DNA of 64,000 bases from an uncultured delta proteobacterium (GTDB lineage: Bacteria > Desulfobacterota > Desulfobacteria > Desulfobacterales > JAFDCJ01). Of this stretch, positions 47,909-60,359 are shown one piece after another (position 1 is the first letter of the stretch; every line of letters begins with the position of its first letter). The stretch is taken from the NCBI GenBank assembly GCA_963769935.1, contig CAVYNY010000011.1, positions 512,001 through 576,000 of the forward strand, given 5' to 3'. The translations under genes were made by a program, and so were the position numbers. A model generated the notes under the pieces. It was not told the origin of the DNA. It ran no database searches and worked only from the letters and a program-made list of their open reading frames with translations.

Positions 47909-49468
47909 CTATTTATTGGCATACTCCACCGCCCGGGTTTCCCGTATGACCGTGACTTTGATCTGCCCGGGAAAAGTCAAGGATTCCTCAATCTTCTTGA
48001 CGATATCCCGGCTGAGCAGGATGGACTCCTCATCGGAAATCTGATTGCTTTCCACGATGACGCGCAATTCCCGCCCTGCCTGAATGGCATAGGTATTGGC
48101 TACACCTTGAAAAGTTTGCTATATTTTCTAAATCTTCCAGACGCTTGATATAATTTTCCAGCAGTTCCTTGCGGGCCCCGGGCCTGGCCCCGGAAAGTCC
48201 GTCCGCGGCCTGAACCAGCAATGCATAAACTGAATTCGGCTGCACATCTTCATGATGGGCGGCAATGGCATGAACGACTTTAGGCGATTCACCGAATTTT
48301 TTGGCCAGCCGTGACCCAATCACCGCATGAGGTCCTTCGACCTCATGATCGACAGCCTTGCCGATATCATGCAACAGTCCCATTCGTCTTGCCATTTTGA
48401 CATTCAGCCCCAACTCCGTCGCCATAATTCCGGCCAGAAAACCGACTTCAACGGAATGCTGCAAAACATTCTGGGCATAGCTGGTGCGAAATTTGAATTG
48501 CCGATACATTTGATCAATTCATTGTGGATGCCGTGCACACCCAAGTCAAAGGCCGCCTGCTCTCCGGCTTCTTTTATCGCGGTATCGACTTCCTTCCCCA
48601 CCTTTTTAACAATATCCTCGATACGCGCCGGATGAATTCTTCCGTCGGAAATCAATCGCATCAGCGAGATGCGAGCAACTTCCCGCCGGACCGGATTGAA
48701 TCCTGACAGGATAACCGCTTCCGGCGTATCGTCAATGATCAGATCAATACCGGTAGCCGCCTCAAGCGCACGAATATTGCGTCCTTCCCGGCCGATAATC
48801 CTGCCCTTCATTTCATCATTGGGCAATTGGACCACGGATACCGTTCTTTCCGCCACAAAATCGCCGGCATATCGTTGGATCGCCGTCGCAAGGATTTTTT
48901 TCGCTTTTTTATCGGCCTGTTCCTTGGTTTCATTCTCTATGCTTTTTGAGAGTTTGGCACCTTCATAGCGGGCTTCGTTTTCCATGGCCCGGATCAGCAG
49001 CTCTTTGGCCTGTTCAGCCGTCAAACCGGAAATTTTCTCCAGCTGTCTTTTTTGCTCCTCGATCAGCTCGCTAAATTCGAGTTCCTTGCGCTCAATTTTG
49101 CCTTCTCTTTTGGTAATATGCCTTTCTCTGCGTGCGAGTTCGCGTTCACGTCGTTCAAATTGCTCAATTTTGTGATCGATATTCTCCTCTTTTTCCATCA
49201 GGCGGGTTTCTCGCCTTTTATGCTCCGCCCGGGTTTCATTGGTTTCAGCATCAAATTCGCTTTTTAGTTTGAAAAGCCTGTCTTTCATCTCCAGATCGGC
49301 CTCCTTTTTCAGAGCGTCCGCCTTTTTCTGGGATTCCTCGACGAATTGGGCAGCTTCTGCTTCAGCGGCTTTTATCTTCTTGGATGCTAATTTTCCTTTC
49401 AACCAGTAAGCTATCAGTAAACCGGCAAAAAAGCATCCGATGCCGATCAATATACGATAATCATTCAT
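47909..49468 (-). CDS. rny: Ribonuclease Y (frameshifts near 48497 and 48110)
   Basis: N-terminal TM, coiled coil, [18 protein letters not shown] motif [29 protein letters not shown]. Confidence 0.95.
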
Positions 49469-49631
49469 TATGAATCTCCCCGGTAATTAAAAAACCTGCA
49501 ATTCTCATTAATCATCAGTTTGCTTAAACCAATTGAAGATGATGTCGTTGGGGATAAGATAGTCTTCAGGCGAAAGCTGAGGGATAAGAAAACCTAATCT
49601 AGGCTGTGATCCTGCGGAAATAGGAAAGAGA

Positions 49632-49812
49632 TAACCCCCGCCTCAATGCCGTGTTGTCAGGTCTTTGAACCTGTGGTTCAAAGTGGGCACCGTTTGGCCT
49701 CTTTAGGCTTTTCTGATTTAACAGAATATGCACACCGAAGCCAGGGAAGGTTCCCGTTTTCATAGCTGTTGGGTCAAAGAATATCTTCCAATCACGAGCA
49801 TGGCAGGGGTAT
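49632..49812 (-). ncRNA. ssrS: 6S RNA
   Basis: ~180 nt with paired ends (ACCCCTGCCATGC / GCATTGAGGCGGGGGT) and central bubble, at the zapA-ssrS-rny position. Confidence 0.8.
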
Positions 49813-49979
49813 AAGTTATGATTTGGTTCAACCATCTGCACCTATTTAATTCTTCCCGACAAGTCCACTGCAGGAATCGGATCGCTTAGGCCGGCATAGG
49901 TGGTGGAGAAGGTATTTGCAGCGGTTAACGAATCATATACAGTACAGCCGTATTCAATTTATTAAAATGAGGTTATCAT

Positions 49980-50273
49980 TCACTGCACGCTGTTGTCCAA
50001 CGTTCGGATCAAGTTGGCTGTTCTGTATGAAACATCATCCAGCAATTTAGCGTGATTTCTTATCAATTCCATATGTTCATTTGCAATATTCAGAGCAGCT
50101 AACATTAAAATGGTTAGTTTCGACATATTTGATGATTGATCGGTTTGCTGACCCTCTACCCGGTTCACTTCCCGGACCAGGAAGTCAGCAACCTCCTCCG
50201 CCTTGGTAACTTCCGAATTGGATTTAAACGTATGCGTCTGTCCAAATAGCTGTATTGTTACAATTTGGTCCAA
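49980..50273 (-). CDS. zapA: Cell division protein ZapA
   Basis: VTIQLFGQTHTF, ILMLAALNIANE; gene context. Confidence 0.85.
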   Translation of the reverse strand: MDQIVTIQLFGQTHTFKSNSEVTKAEEVADFLVREVNRVEGQQTDQSSNMSKLTILMLAALNIANEHMELIRNHAKLLDDVSYRTANLIRTLDNSVQ

Positions 50274-50324
50274 TGTTTATTGATATCTACCTTTCCACTA
50301 CCTATACCCTGCTGGCCGCCGGGG

Positions 50325-50564
50325 CTATTCTGTTGCAGCCTCCTCAAGCTTAACCAGCAAACCATCAATTTTTGATCGGATCAAGGACTTTTCCTCAGCG
50401 TAACTTCTTTCCGCCTCAACCTTACCTTGGATCTCCTCCTCTAATCTTTTTATTTTATTTTTTTGTTCTAAATTGGTTGCCTCCAGGGCTTTGCAAGTTT
50501 CGATTAATTTTTCAACTTTTCGTTCAACTTCCTCAAATTGGTTCAATACGAATTCATTATCCAA
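50325..50564 (-). CDS. zapB: ZapB-like coiled-coil protein
   Basis: 79-aa coiled coil ending IRSKIDGLLVKLE, upstream of zapA. Confidence 0.7.
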   Translation of the reverse strand: MDNEFVLNQFEEVERKVEKLIETCKALEATNLEQKNKIKRLEEEIQGKVEAERSYAEEKSLIRSKIDGLLVKLEEAATE

Positions 50565-50618
50565 GATGAATACCTCATATTAATTTTATTTCAATATAAT
50601 CTGCAATTTATCAAAAAG

Positions 50619-51374
50619 TCAAGCAATAATCCGTGCGCGCGCACTAAGGATCGCCTCCACGGCTTCCAGATCTTCACAGGTATTAACACCCAATATTTGC
50701 TGGCAATTATTACCTATCATGAGCCCCATATTCTTGCTGTTTTTATAACCGATGGAAATGATATCCGTCAAATATATTTCTCCCTGGGCATTGTTCGGAT
50801 TTATATTCGGCAACGCCTCAGATAAGAATTCTTTTCTAACACAGTAAATGCCGGAATTAATCAAATTGATTTGCCTCTGTTCAACAGTAGCGTCGGCTTC
50901 TTCTATAATTCCGGCTATTTGCCTGTTTGCGTCAAGCAGTATTCGGCCATAGCCGGCAGGATTTTCCAATTCTACCGCCAAAAGAGAAATGTCGCGCTGG
51001 GTGTCGAGGTGTTCCTCAACAAGTCCCTTTATGGTTTCAGGTAAAATAAGCGGCACGTCACCGCATAAAATTACCACATGGTCGCAATGTGCGGGAATGT
51101 GCGGCAGGGCGCACAACACGGCATGACCCGTACCGAGCTGCCTCTCCTGGTAGGCAAACCGCAGCGCTGCGGTTTGCGATACGACGACGCGCACCATCCG
51201 GGCTTGATTGCCGATAACCACGACGACATCGTCGCCGGCTATTTCTCTTGCCGTGTCAACCACGTAAAGAATCATGGGCCTGCCCTGAACCTCATGTAAC
51301 ACCTTGGCTTTGTCCGATTTCATGCGGGTTCCCAACCCTGCAGCCAGTATTACAACAGCAATATTATTTCTCAT
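50619..51374 (-). CDS. glmU: GlmU pyrophosphorylase domain only (251 aa)
   Basis: ILAAGLGTRMKSDKAKVLH, QLGTGHAV, GYGRI, NNAQGEIYLTD, GVNT; stops before the acetyltransferase beta-helix; follows atpC. Confidence 0.8.
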   Translation of the reverse strand: MRNNIAVVILAAGLGTRMKSDKAKVLHEVQGRPMILYVVDTAREIAGDDVVVVIGNQARMVRVVVSQTAALRFAYQERQLGTGHAVLCALPHIPAHCDHVVILCGDVPLILPETIKGLVEEHLDTQRDISLLAVELENPAGYGRILLDANRQIAGIIEEADATVEQRQINLINSGIYCVRKEFLSEALPNINPNNAQGEIYLTDIISIGYKNSKNMGLMIGNNCQQILGVNTCEDLEAVEAILSARARIIA

Positions 51375-51540
51375 GCAAACCTCTGCCCAAGATATCTCAT
51401 GATTAACCTGAAAGGCCGCTGACAACGCCGTTCCCGCACTCCATTGCTCCAATACTCCAGCACTCGTCGCCCCTTGTGGCCCTCGCTTTCAAATTTCGCT
51501 AACATTACCTTTAGAACTCAAATTTAAATAGACCAACAAT

Positions 51541-51575
51541 AAAAGGGCAAACCAAAATATTGGTTTACCCTTTAT
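51541..51575 (-). terminator. Terminator after the atp operon
   Basis: aaagggcaaaccaa-aata-ttggtttaccc-ttt hairpin with A/T flanks. Confidence 0.65.
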
Positions 51576-51638
51576 TATACAGTATCCCTGCTTGGTGTAA
51601 ACGCCTAAAAAATTATTTTCCGTCAAAAACCGCCGAAT

Positions 51639-52058
51639 TTACGATGAAGCACCGCCGGCAAGTCTAATGCGCACAAGGGCCCGCTCCAGAGCAGCTCGGG
51701 CGCGGACGAAATCGATATCTTCACCGGTGCGATCCGCTTCCAAACGTTTTTGCGCCCGTTCCATGGCCGCTTTGGCCCGCTCAAGATCGATATCACTCCT
51801 TCGTTCAGCCGATTCCGCCAGAATCGTCACTTTATCCGGAAGGGCTTCAGCAAATCCCCCACTGATAAAAACATATCGCTCCGCCCCTTTTGCATCCGTA
51901 TATCTGATAACGCCTGTTTTTAAACTGGTCAGAAAGGGGGTATGACCGGAGAGCACGCCAAATTCCCCGAGAGATCCGGGAGCTGCCACAATTTGCGACG
52001 CTTCGCTGACAACTACCCGCTCAGGGGTAACCACTTCCAATTGGATATTTTCCGCCAT
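51639..52058 (-). CDS. atpC: ATP synthase F1 epsilon
   Basis: LEVVTPER, GEFGVLSGHTP, SGGFAE. Confidence 0.97.
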   Translation of the reverse strand: MAENIQLEVVTPERVVVSEASQIVAAPGSLGEFGVLSGHTPFLTSLKTGVIRYTDAKGAERYVFISGGFAEALPDKVTILAESAERRSDIDLERAKAAMERAQKRLEADRTGEDIDFVRARAALERALVRIRLAGGASS

Positions 52059-52072
52059 GTTAGGACCTCAAA

Positions 52073-53524
<1,452 letters not shown>

Positions 53525-53614
53525 CTAAAGACCTCCACATTGTATTTTTTGTTACCCGCTGGCGGCGGGAGGATTACGTTTTTTTTATATCGTCGAAGAA
53601 TGTCGCTCTGTATC

Positions 53615-53720
53615 ATGGAATATTGGAATTGGAAAATGGGCAAAGTAAGGTAGCGTCTAATTTTATCTGATCTCAATTCGCCAAACCCATCATTCCAATA
53701 TTCCATTATTCCACTATTTC
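53615..53720. repeat. Inverted GGAATATT 8-mer arms between atpG and atpD
   Basis: atggaatattggaattggaaaatggg ... cccatcattccaatattccattattccac. Confidence 0.75.
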
Positions 53721-53746
53721 AAAAAGGATGAAGTTCCTGTCAGTAT

Positions 53747-54637
53747 TTATCCTCTAAGCGCCTCGGCACCCCCGACGATATCCATCAGTTCGGCCGTAAT
53801 GGCCGCCTGGCGTGCCTTGTTATATGTCAGGGTCAGATTTTCGATCATGTCTCTACAGGCTTTGGTTGCGTTGTCCATGGCCATCATCCGCGCTGCATGT
53901 TCGCTGGTCGACGTTTCCAGCAGGGCACTGTTAATTTGCACGTAAACATTTCGATTCAGCATTTCAGCCAGCAGCTCTGCGGGGGACGGTTCGCAGATAT
54001 GTTCGGGCATATACGGTGCATCCAAGTCGGCTTCCGCAGCGACGGTTTCAATGGCTGTCATCGGCAGAAGTTTTTTGAGCATCGGAATCTGCTTGGCCAT
54101 ACTGTGAAACTCGGCGTAAACGATATAGACCTCGTCATAATCTCCGCTTAAAAAGCTTTCCACCATCCGACGGCCGTTATTGACGGCAACATTGTAGCCG
54201 AAAGTGCTGCCCACTACCCCGATCTGTTCGCTGTCGATCTGCAGTTTATTATTGCGGCACCAGTTACGGCCCTTTTTACCGAAATTGGTAAACGAAAATT
54301 CAACACCCTCTGCGGCTTTTTCTTTCATAAACGTTGCGGCTTTTTCGATGAGATTAATGTTAAAACCGCCGCAAAGTCCCCGGTCCGAGGTACACAGGGC
54401 AATATGAATTTTTTTGACCTCTTCACGCTGCTGAAGCAAGGGATGGACCGCCTCTTCGGTCTTCTGAGCCAGGCTGGCGAGGACTTCGGCAAATTTTCCG
54501 GCATAGGGCCGAAAAGCTTCCATATTGTTCTGGGCTCCCCGCAGTCTGGAAGCAGCCACCATGTTCATAGCCTTGGTGATTTGCTGGGTTTTTTTGACAG
54601 CTGATATTTTATTTTGCACATCTTTTAGAGTCGGCAT
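53747..54637 (-). CDS. atpG: ATP synthase F1 gamma
   Basis: ITKAMNMVAA, SDRGLCGGFN, SEHAARM, RQAAITAEL. Confidence 0.98.
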   Translation of the reverse strand: MPTLKDVQNKISAVKKTQQITKAMNMVAASRLRGAQNNMEAFRPYAGKFAEVLASLAQKTEEAVHPLLQQREEVKKIHIALCTSDRGLCGGFNINLIEKAATFMKEKAAEGVEFSFTNFGKKGRNWCRNNKLQIDSEQIGVVGSTFGYNVAVNNGRRMVESFLSGDYDEVYIVYAEFHSMAKQIPMLKKLLPMTAIETVAAEADLDAPYMPEHICEPSPAELLAEMLNRNVYVQINSALLETSTSEHAARMMAMDNATKACRDMIENLTLTYNKARQAAITAELMDIVGGAEALRG

Positions 54638-54659
54638 AAGTAAACCCTTAGATTACCTT

Positions 54660-54770
54660 ATGATGGTTGTGATGGTTGTGATCGTTGAGATCGTTTGCAG
54701 GCATTTCATCTGATCTCAAAACCGCGCCGACGATCTTAACGGTTCAAACCTTCTTAACGCTCTCAACCAA
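54660..54770. repeat. Inverted 9-mer arms (GATGGTTGT / AACGATCTT-like) between atpA and atpG
   Basis: gatggttgtgatggttgtgatcgttgagatcgtt ... gacgatcttaacggttcaaaccttcttaacgctctcaacc. Confidence 0.65.
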
Positions 54771-54772
54771 TT

Positions 54773-56290
54773 TTATTTGATCGTATCTTTGAATTCTTCA
54801 TCATAGGCGGTCAGCGTTTCCTTCATCAGTTTATCCAGTTCATCGTCAATCGCCTGCTTCTCCTTGAGTTTGGAAAAGACCTCCGGATGTCGGTCTTCGA
54901 TGAAAGCATAGAGACCGGCCTCGTATTTGGCCAGAACATTCAGTGGATACTTATCCAGAAATCCTCGGGTGCCGGCATACAGAATGGTGACCTGTTTTTC
55001 CATCGCCAGCGGCTTGTATTGCGGCTGTTTCAGAATCTCGACCAGGCGGGCGCCCCGGGTAAGCTGCCGCTGGGTGGCTTTGTCCAAGTCACTGCCGAAC
55101 GCCGCAAAAGCTTCGAGCTCACGATATTGGGCCAGATCAAGCCGCAGCGTACCGGCAACTTGTTTCATGGCTTTTACCTGGGCGGCTCCGCCTACGCGGG
55201 ATACCGAAAGGCCGACGTTGATGGCCGGACGGACGCCGGCAAAAAACAGACCCGGTTCAAGATAAATCTGCCCGTCGGTAATGGAAATAACATTGGTCGG
55301 GATGTAGGCCGAAACGTCGCCGGCCTGGGTTTCGATAATCGGCAGCGCCGTGAGCGATCCGGCACCCAGTTGGTCATTTAACTTGGAGGCGCGTTCCAGC
55401 AGGCGGGAATGGTTGTAGAAAATATCACCCGGGTAGGCTTCACGGCCCGGGGGACGTCTTAAAAGCAGAGAAACCTGGCGATACGCCGCGGCCTGCTTGG
55501 AAAGATCGTCGTAAACGATCAAAGCATGCTGTTTTCGATCGCGAAAATATTCCCCCATGGCACAGCCGGCATAGGGTGCGATATATTGCAGGGGTGCCGG
55601 GTCACTGGCACAGGCGGATACGATGGTGGTGTACTCCATGGCGCCATGTTTTTCCAGGATCGCATGCACCTGCGCGACGGTTGACTGTTTCTGTCCGCAG
55701 GCCACATAGATGCAGTAGACGTCCGTTTCCTTCTGGGCCAGGATGGCGTCAATGGCACAGGCGGTTTTACCGATCTGCCGGTCGCCGATGATAAGTTCCC
55801 GCTGTCCCCGGCCCACCGGCGTCATCGCGTCCACAGCCTTCAGTCCGGTATAACAGGGTTCATGCACGCTCTTTCTGGCAATTACCCCCGGGGCCACCAT
55901 CTCCACGCGGCTAAACTCTTTGGCGTTGATGGGTCCCTTGCCGTCTAAAGGCTCACCGACCGCTGAAACAACCCGGCCCAGGACGGCTTCGCCGACCGGG
56001 ACCTGAGCAATTCGCCCGGTGCGCTTGACCAGATCGCCTTCCTTGATGTGGATGTCTTCGCCCATAACGGCGACACCCACATTGTCCTCTTCAAGGTTCA
56101 GCACCAGGCCCAGAGTGTTGCCGGGGAATTCGACGAGTTCCAGGGCCATCACATTTTCAAGTCCATAGATCCGGGCGATGCCATCACCCACCGAAAGGAC
56201 GACGCCGGTTTCACTCAGCTCAACCTTCTTGTCATAATCCGTAATCTGTTCTTTGATAATCTGACTGATTTCTTCTGCTCTTAATTCCAT
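54773..56290 (-). CDS. atpA: ATP synthase F1 alpha
   Basis: [37 protein letters not shown]. Confidence 0.99.
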   Translation of the reverse strand: MELRAEEISQIIKEQITDYDKKVELSETGVVLSVGDGIARIYGLENVMALELVEFPGNTLGLVLNLEEDNVGVAVMGEDIHIKEGDLVKRTGRIAQVPVGEAVLGRVVSAVGEPLDGKGPINAKEFSRVEMVAPGVIARKSVHEPCYTGLKAVDAMTPVGRGQRELIIGDRQIGKTACAIDAILAQKETDVYCIYVACGQKQSTVAQVHAILEKHGAMEYTTIVSACASDPAPLQYIAPYAGCAMGEYFRDRKQHALIVYDDLSKQAAAYRQVSLLLRRPPGREAYPGDIFYNHSRLLERASKLNDQLGAGSLTALPIIETQAGDVSAYIPTNVISITDGQIYLEPGLFFAGVRPAINVGLSVSRVGGAAQVKAMKQVAGTLRLDLAQYRELEAFAAFGSDLDKATQRQLTRGARLVEILKQPQYKPLAMEKQVTILYAGTRGFLDKYPLNVLAKYEAGLYAFIEDRHPEVFSKLKEKQAIDDELDKLMKETLTAYDEEFKDTIK

Positions 56291-56841
56291 TAGACACCCT
56301 CACCCTTTTTTAATGATTCTCTCATATTGAGTAATTGTGTTTTGATGCTCCCATCCAGCACAAGATCGCCAATTCGTGTGACGACCCCGCCGATGAGGCC
56401 CGGATCTTCTTCAACATCCAGCATAATATCTTTGCCCGTCCGCTCGGACAGGGTTTTACGAATTTTTTCGACGGCTTCGGATGAAAGTGCCGTGGCCGAA
56501 ACCAGACTGGCACGCGCAATGCCTTTTAATTCATCGGCCAGCTTTTGATAAAAATCACTGATACTGCTCAAATAGATGAACCGTCCCTTGTCAAACAACA
56601 GGGATAAAAAGGATGTCATCGCCGCCGAAAGCGCCATTTTGTTCAGAATGGATTCCAGAACTTTCTTCCGTTCCTCTGCATGGTAAAGCGGATTATTGAT
56701 CGCCTGCTCCAGCGCCTGCTGTTTTTCGATCATCTCACTGAATCCGGCCAGTTCCTCGCGGTATGTCTCAGTTTTTCCGTCTTCTTTGCCGATCAACAAA
56801 AGGGCTTTGGCATAACGCCTTGCAATTGCCAGATTTTTCAT
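56290..56841 (-). CDS. atpH: ATP synthase F1 delta
   Basis: [26 protein letters not shown]. Confidence 0.97.
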   Translation of the reverse strand: MKNLAIARRYAKALLLIGKEDGKTETYREELAGFSEMIEKQQALEQAINNPLYHAEERKKVLESILNKMALSAAMTSFLSLLFDKGRFIYLSSISDFYQKLADELKGIARASLVSATALSSEAVEKIRKTLSERTGKDIMLDVEEDPGLIGGVVTRIGDLVLDGSIKTQLLNMRESLKKGEGV

Positions 56842-57449
56842 CCTGCCACCACCTTCTTCAAATAATCATCAACGATTCGATCCTGATCATCGGCTGAAAT
56901 CATGTTTTTTATAATTTCTTCGGCTTTTTGAAGCGATGTTTCGAAGATCTCCTCCTGCAATTTTAGTTTGGCCTGTTCGAACTCATGCTCGATGTTGCGG
57001 CGGGCCTGGGCCTTGAGTTTTTCAGCCGAAGCTTCAGCCTCTTTTAATATCCGGCCTTTGGCCTCATTGCCCTGTTTGATATAGTCATCGATGACTTTTT
57101 CGGCTTCCTTTTCCAGCTGCGCCAATTTATCCCTATATTCGGCCAATTTTCTTTCAGCTTCGGCTTTGCGTGTCTCCAGGTCTTCCAACTGTTCCTTGAT
57201 CCCATCGATACGGGAACCAAGCGCCTGCGACAGCGGTTTGCGCAAAATATAGACCAGCGCGATCACCAGCACCAAAAAATTTAGCACCCGAAAGGTGTCC
57301 ATCGACACCCACCCCTTAGCGCCTTCTGCGCCACCGGAAGATGCCATGGCCGTTGATATTGCAAATATCGAAAATGCCAGCACCAGGATAAAGATAGCCG
57401 CCGTGAACTTTTTCGCACTATGCAACCGGCCCGTACCGGAAATCTTCAT
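56838..57449 (-). CDS. atpF: ATP synthase F0 subunit b
   Basis: RVLNFLVL TM, coiled coil, DDQDRIVDDYL; TAATG coupling to upstream b'. Confidence 0.92.
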   Translation of the reverse strand: MKISGTGRLHSAKKFTAAIFILVLAFSIFAISTAMASSGGAEGAKGWVSMDTFRVLNFLVLVIALVYILRKPLSQALGSRIDGIKEQLEDLETRKAEAERKLAEYRDKLAQLEKEAEKVIDDYIKQGNEAKGRILKEAEASAEKLKAQARRNIEHEFEQAKLKLQEEIFETSLQKAEEIIKNMISADDQDRIVDDYLKKVVAG

Positions 57450-57997
57450 TAGGCTGTCCTCCCCAGAATTTTTTGACATATTTGGTCGGCAAAATTATCA
57501 ACTTCTTTCCGCAGGCTTTCCCTTGCGACTTCAGCGTCATTTTTGATTTTGACACGAATTTCGGTCAACTCAGCCTGGGCTTTGCGATTTATCTCGGCGA
57601 TGATGGATTTTTCCTCCTCCGTCGCCTGCAGCAGCAAGGCCTCTTTCTCCTTTAATCCTCTGGCCCGCGCTTCCTTTATTCCTGCAGCGAACGCTTGGTC
57701 TTTTTCCTGAGCGTCTTTATCCGAGGTTTCAATGGAAAGCTCAAGACCGCCTATTTTTTCTTTACGCTGAGCCAGGATCTTACGAATGGGTCGGTACAAG
57801 AGCATGTTTAATACCCAGATGAGGAATACGAAATTGACGATTTGGATTAGAAGAGATCCGTCCGGTATAACAGTTACGGCGCCTCCGCCCGACTCACCGG
57901 AGGATCCTAAGACAGATTGGGGAAGAACGAAAGAAACCAAAGCAAATAACGATAGCAAGATTGGAAAACCTTTCCGGCATACACCAGAAATTCTCAT
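57449..57997 (-). CDS. ATP synthase F0 subunit b'
   Basis: PDGSLLIQIVNFVFLIWVLNMLLYRPI, ends KILGR; GGAGG RBS. Confidence 0.9.
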   Translation of the reverse strand: MRISGVCRKGFPILLSLFALVSFVLPQSVLGSSGESGGGAVTVIPDGSLLIQIVNFVFLIWVLNMLLYRPIRKILAQRKEKIGGLELSIETSDKDAQEKDQAFAAGIKEARARGLKEKEALLLQATEEEKSIIAEINRKAQAELTEIRVKIKNDAEVARESLRKEVDNFADQICQKILGRTA

Positions 57998-58219
57998 TTG
58001 AAGAACCTCCACCCATGATTTTTCAACAACCGGTTTGTTTGCTTTCAGATGCTGCCTTGTGCCTTGGGAATGTACCCAAATCCGACTGCGGCGGTCTATA
58101 CCATCAGCTATTACAAATTGTCAAAGGTTTTTTGAAAATTTTTCAGGTTTGTCCGCTATAAACACCATAGAGGATAAGTAGGCTGGATTGTTAAAGAAGT
58201 TAATGAAACTTTGGTATCA

Positions 58220-58699
58220 TCAACTGCTTTTTAATTCCGTAAAAGCGGTTTTGCCTTTCGGCTCAGCCGCCGGAGTTTCAGCCGGATGGTTGTTCTTTGA
58301 TTCCACAACTGCAGGTTTATGTTTCGAGAAAATGGATGGTTTCCCGGCCGGCTCCCCCGGAGCCTTCATCTTGCAGGTCCCATTGAAGATCCCCCCCGGC
58401 TCGATGGATATCACCGGCGCCTGAATATTGCCGCCGACACGGCCCGGCGGGTAGACTTCAATACGCTCCTGGGCATTAATGGTGCCGTTGACCTCTCCCA
58501 TGACAACGGCCACATTTACATAAAGCTCGGCATCGACGGCAGCCTTTTCACCCACAACGACCGTACCGCCGTTGCTGACAATTTTCCCCTTCACCTTTCC
58601 GTCAACCCGAATGGTGCCTTTAAAATCAATGGTACCGTCAATGCTGGCATCCGCTCCGATAAATGTTGAAATACGATCCGTTTGTTTATCTTTTTTCAT
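58220..58699 (-). CDS. Bactofilin (polymer-forming cytoskeletal protein)
   Basis: STFIG...GTIRVDGKVKG...VGE...GEVNG...IEPGGIFNGTCKM beta-helix pattern. Confidence 0.9.
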   Translation of the reverse strand: MKKDKQTDRISTFIGADASIDGTIDFKGTIRVDGKVKGKIVSNGGTVVVGEKAAVDAELYVNVAVVMGEVNGTINAQERIEVYPPGRVGGNIQAPVISIEPGGIFNGTCKMKAPGEPAGKPSIFSKHKPAVVESKNNHPAETPAAEPKGKTAFTELKSS

Positions 58700-58725
58700 T
58701 GCTGCTGTCGATCCTCCCGGGTTGT

Positions 58726-59205
58726 AAGATTGAAGATTGAAGATTGAAGATTGAATATTTGAGGTATTCTGTCATTTAAGTTAGAGGCGTTGCCCCAATT
58801 GGAATGGTGGAATGTTGGAATATTGGAAAATTGGCAATCCAAAAGGATGATGGTCCGATTTTATTTTCTGATTCGACCCATCCATAAAAATCAGATCCCC
58901 TTCAGCCAAACCCGATATTCCATCCTTCCAGTATTCCCTGGCCCAGACCGATTTTAACATAAACCTAATTTTAGCTATTTTTTTTCCAGCCAGGACAAAC
59001 ATGCTTTAAATTCTCAGTAAGTCGCACCAGGGCGGGCCATCATTCCACGGCATAAATTTACGGCACTGCCAATCTGCTCCGGCCTGACCCAGAGAACCAG
59101 GTTTTTGATTATAGCATAAAAGCGACAGCATTCCTTAAATATTCAATCTTCAATTTTCAATCTTCAATTTAACTGTGTTCAATCTTCAATTTTCAATCTT
59201 CATTA
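58726..59205. repeat. Triple-nested element: ATTGAAG array > GGAATATT array > CCTGGCCC...CAGGGCGGGC insert
   Basis: (gattgaa)x4-ggtattctgtc ... gacagcattcc-(ttcaatc/t)n outer; ggaatggtggaatgttggaatattgg ... ttccagtattc[insert]catcattcc inner. Confidence 0.8.
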
Positions 59206-59210
59206 AATTT

Positions 59211-60314
59211 TTACTCGATCATAAACCGTCGCATGCTGATATTCATCAGCAAACCGATACCGATCGCCGTTGTCAAAACCGATGATCCCCCGTAGCTGAT
59301 AAACGGCAGGGGTACACCAACCACCGGCATCAAGCCCATGGTCATTGAAACATTAATGAATACCTGCCAGAAAAACATGGAGGTAACCCCCACCGCCAAA
59401 ATGGTCCCGAACGGCTCCCGGCATCCCTGGGCGATATTGAGGCCCCAAAAAATCAGCATCAGAAAAAGAAGTACAATAATAACCGATCCAATGAAACCCC
59501 ATTCTTCAGCCAGAACGGAAAATATGAAATCGGTGTGCTCTTCCGGCAGAAAGGATAGCGCATTCTGAGTGCCCTTTAAGAAGCCTTTGCCGTATATCAT
59601 GCCCGAACCGATCGCAATTTTGGATTGAATGATATGATATCCGGCACCCAGCGGATCCCGGTCCGGGTCTAAAAAAACAAGTATCCGCTGCTTCTGGTAA
59701 TCTTTTAAGAAAAACCAGACCAGAGGCACAATTCCGGCAAAGGACACCATCAGACTGATCAGGGAACGCCGCTCGATTTTGACAAACAGGGTAATCGAGC
59801 CGGCGATTAATAAAATTAAACCGGCCGTACCCAAATCCGGCTGTTTGACGATCAGCACAAACGGGATCAGGGTGAGGACAAATGGTTTGAAAAGCTCTCG
59901 CAAAGTGAACCCGCGTGTATTCGCGTCTTTGGAATAATAGCGCGCCAGCGCAATCATGACGGCAAGTTTAGCCAGCTCCGAGGGCTGCAGGGACAGGGGT
60001 CCCAGGATCAGCCAGCGCCTTGAACCGCCGGCGGATTTGCCGAAGATAAGCACCCAGAGCAGCAGAATAATGCACCCGACATAAATTGCATGCCCCCATC
60101 GATCCAACAGTTTATAGTTGATCGAAAATGATGCTACCATTGCAATCAGAGCCCCTGAAAACCAGATAAGCTGCTTGTAAAAGATGATCTTTTGAGGACT
60201 AGGCGTCTCGGCGGTAACCGCACTGTATAAAACCAGCAACCCGCAGCAGCCGATCACAGCTGCCAATCCCAGCAGACCCCAATCAAAGTATTGTAAAAGT
60301 CTTCGGTCAAACAT
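59211..60314 (-). CDS. rodA: Rod shape-determining protein RodA
   Basis: LQPSELAK, QPDLGT, GYHIIQSKIAIGSG, PEEHTDFIF, LPFISYGGSS. Confidence 0.97.
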   Translation of the reverse strand: MFDRRLLQYFDWGLLGLAAVIGCCGLLVLYSAVTAETPSPQKIIFYKQLIWFSGALIAMVASFSINYKLLDRWGHAIYVGCIILLLWVLIFGKSAGGSRRWLILGPLSLQPSELAKLAVMIALARYYSKDANTRGFTLRELFKPFVLTLIPFVLIVKQPDLGTAGLILLIAGSITLFVKIERRSLISLMVSFAGIVPLVWFFLKDYQKQRILVFLDPDRDPLGAGYHIIQSKIAIGSGMIYGKGFLKGTQNALSFLPEEHTDFIFSVLAEEWGFIGSVIIVLLFLMLIFWGLNIAQGCREPFGTILAVGVTSMFFWQVFINVSMTMGLMPVVGVPLPFISYGGSSVLTTAIGIGLLMNISMRRFMIE

Positions 60315-60359
60315 AGTTATCGATACCTTTAGCGGAGCCGATGCGACAATTTGGCGTCC

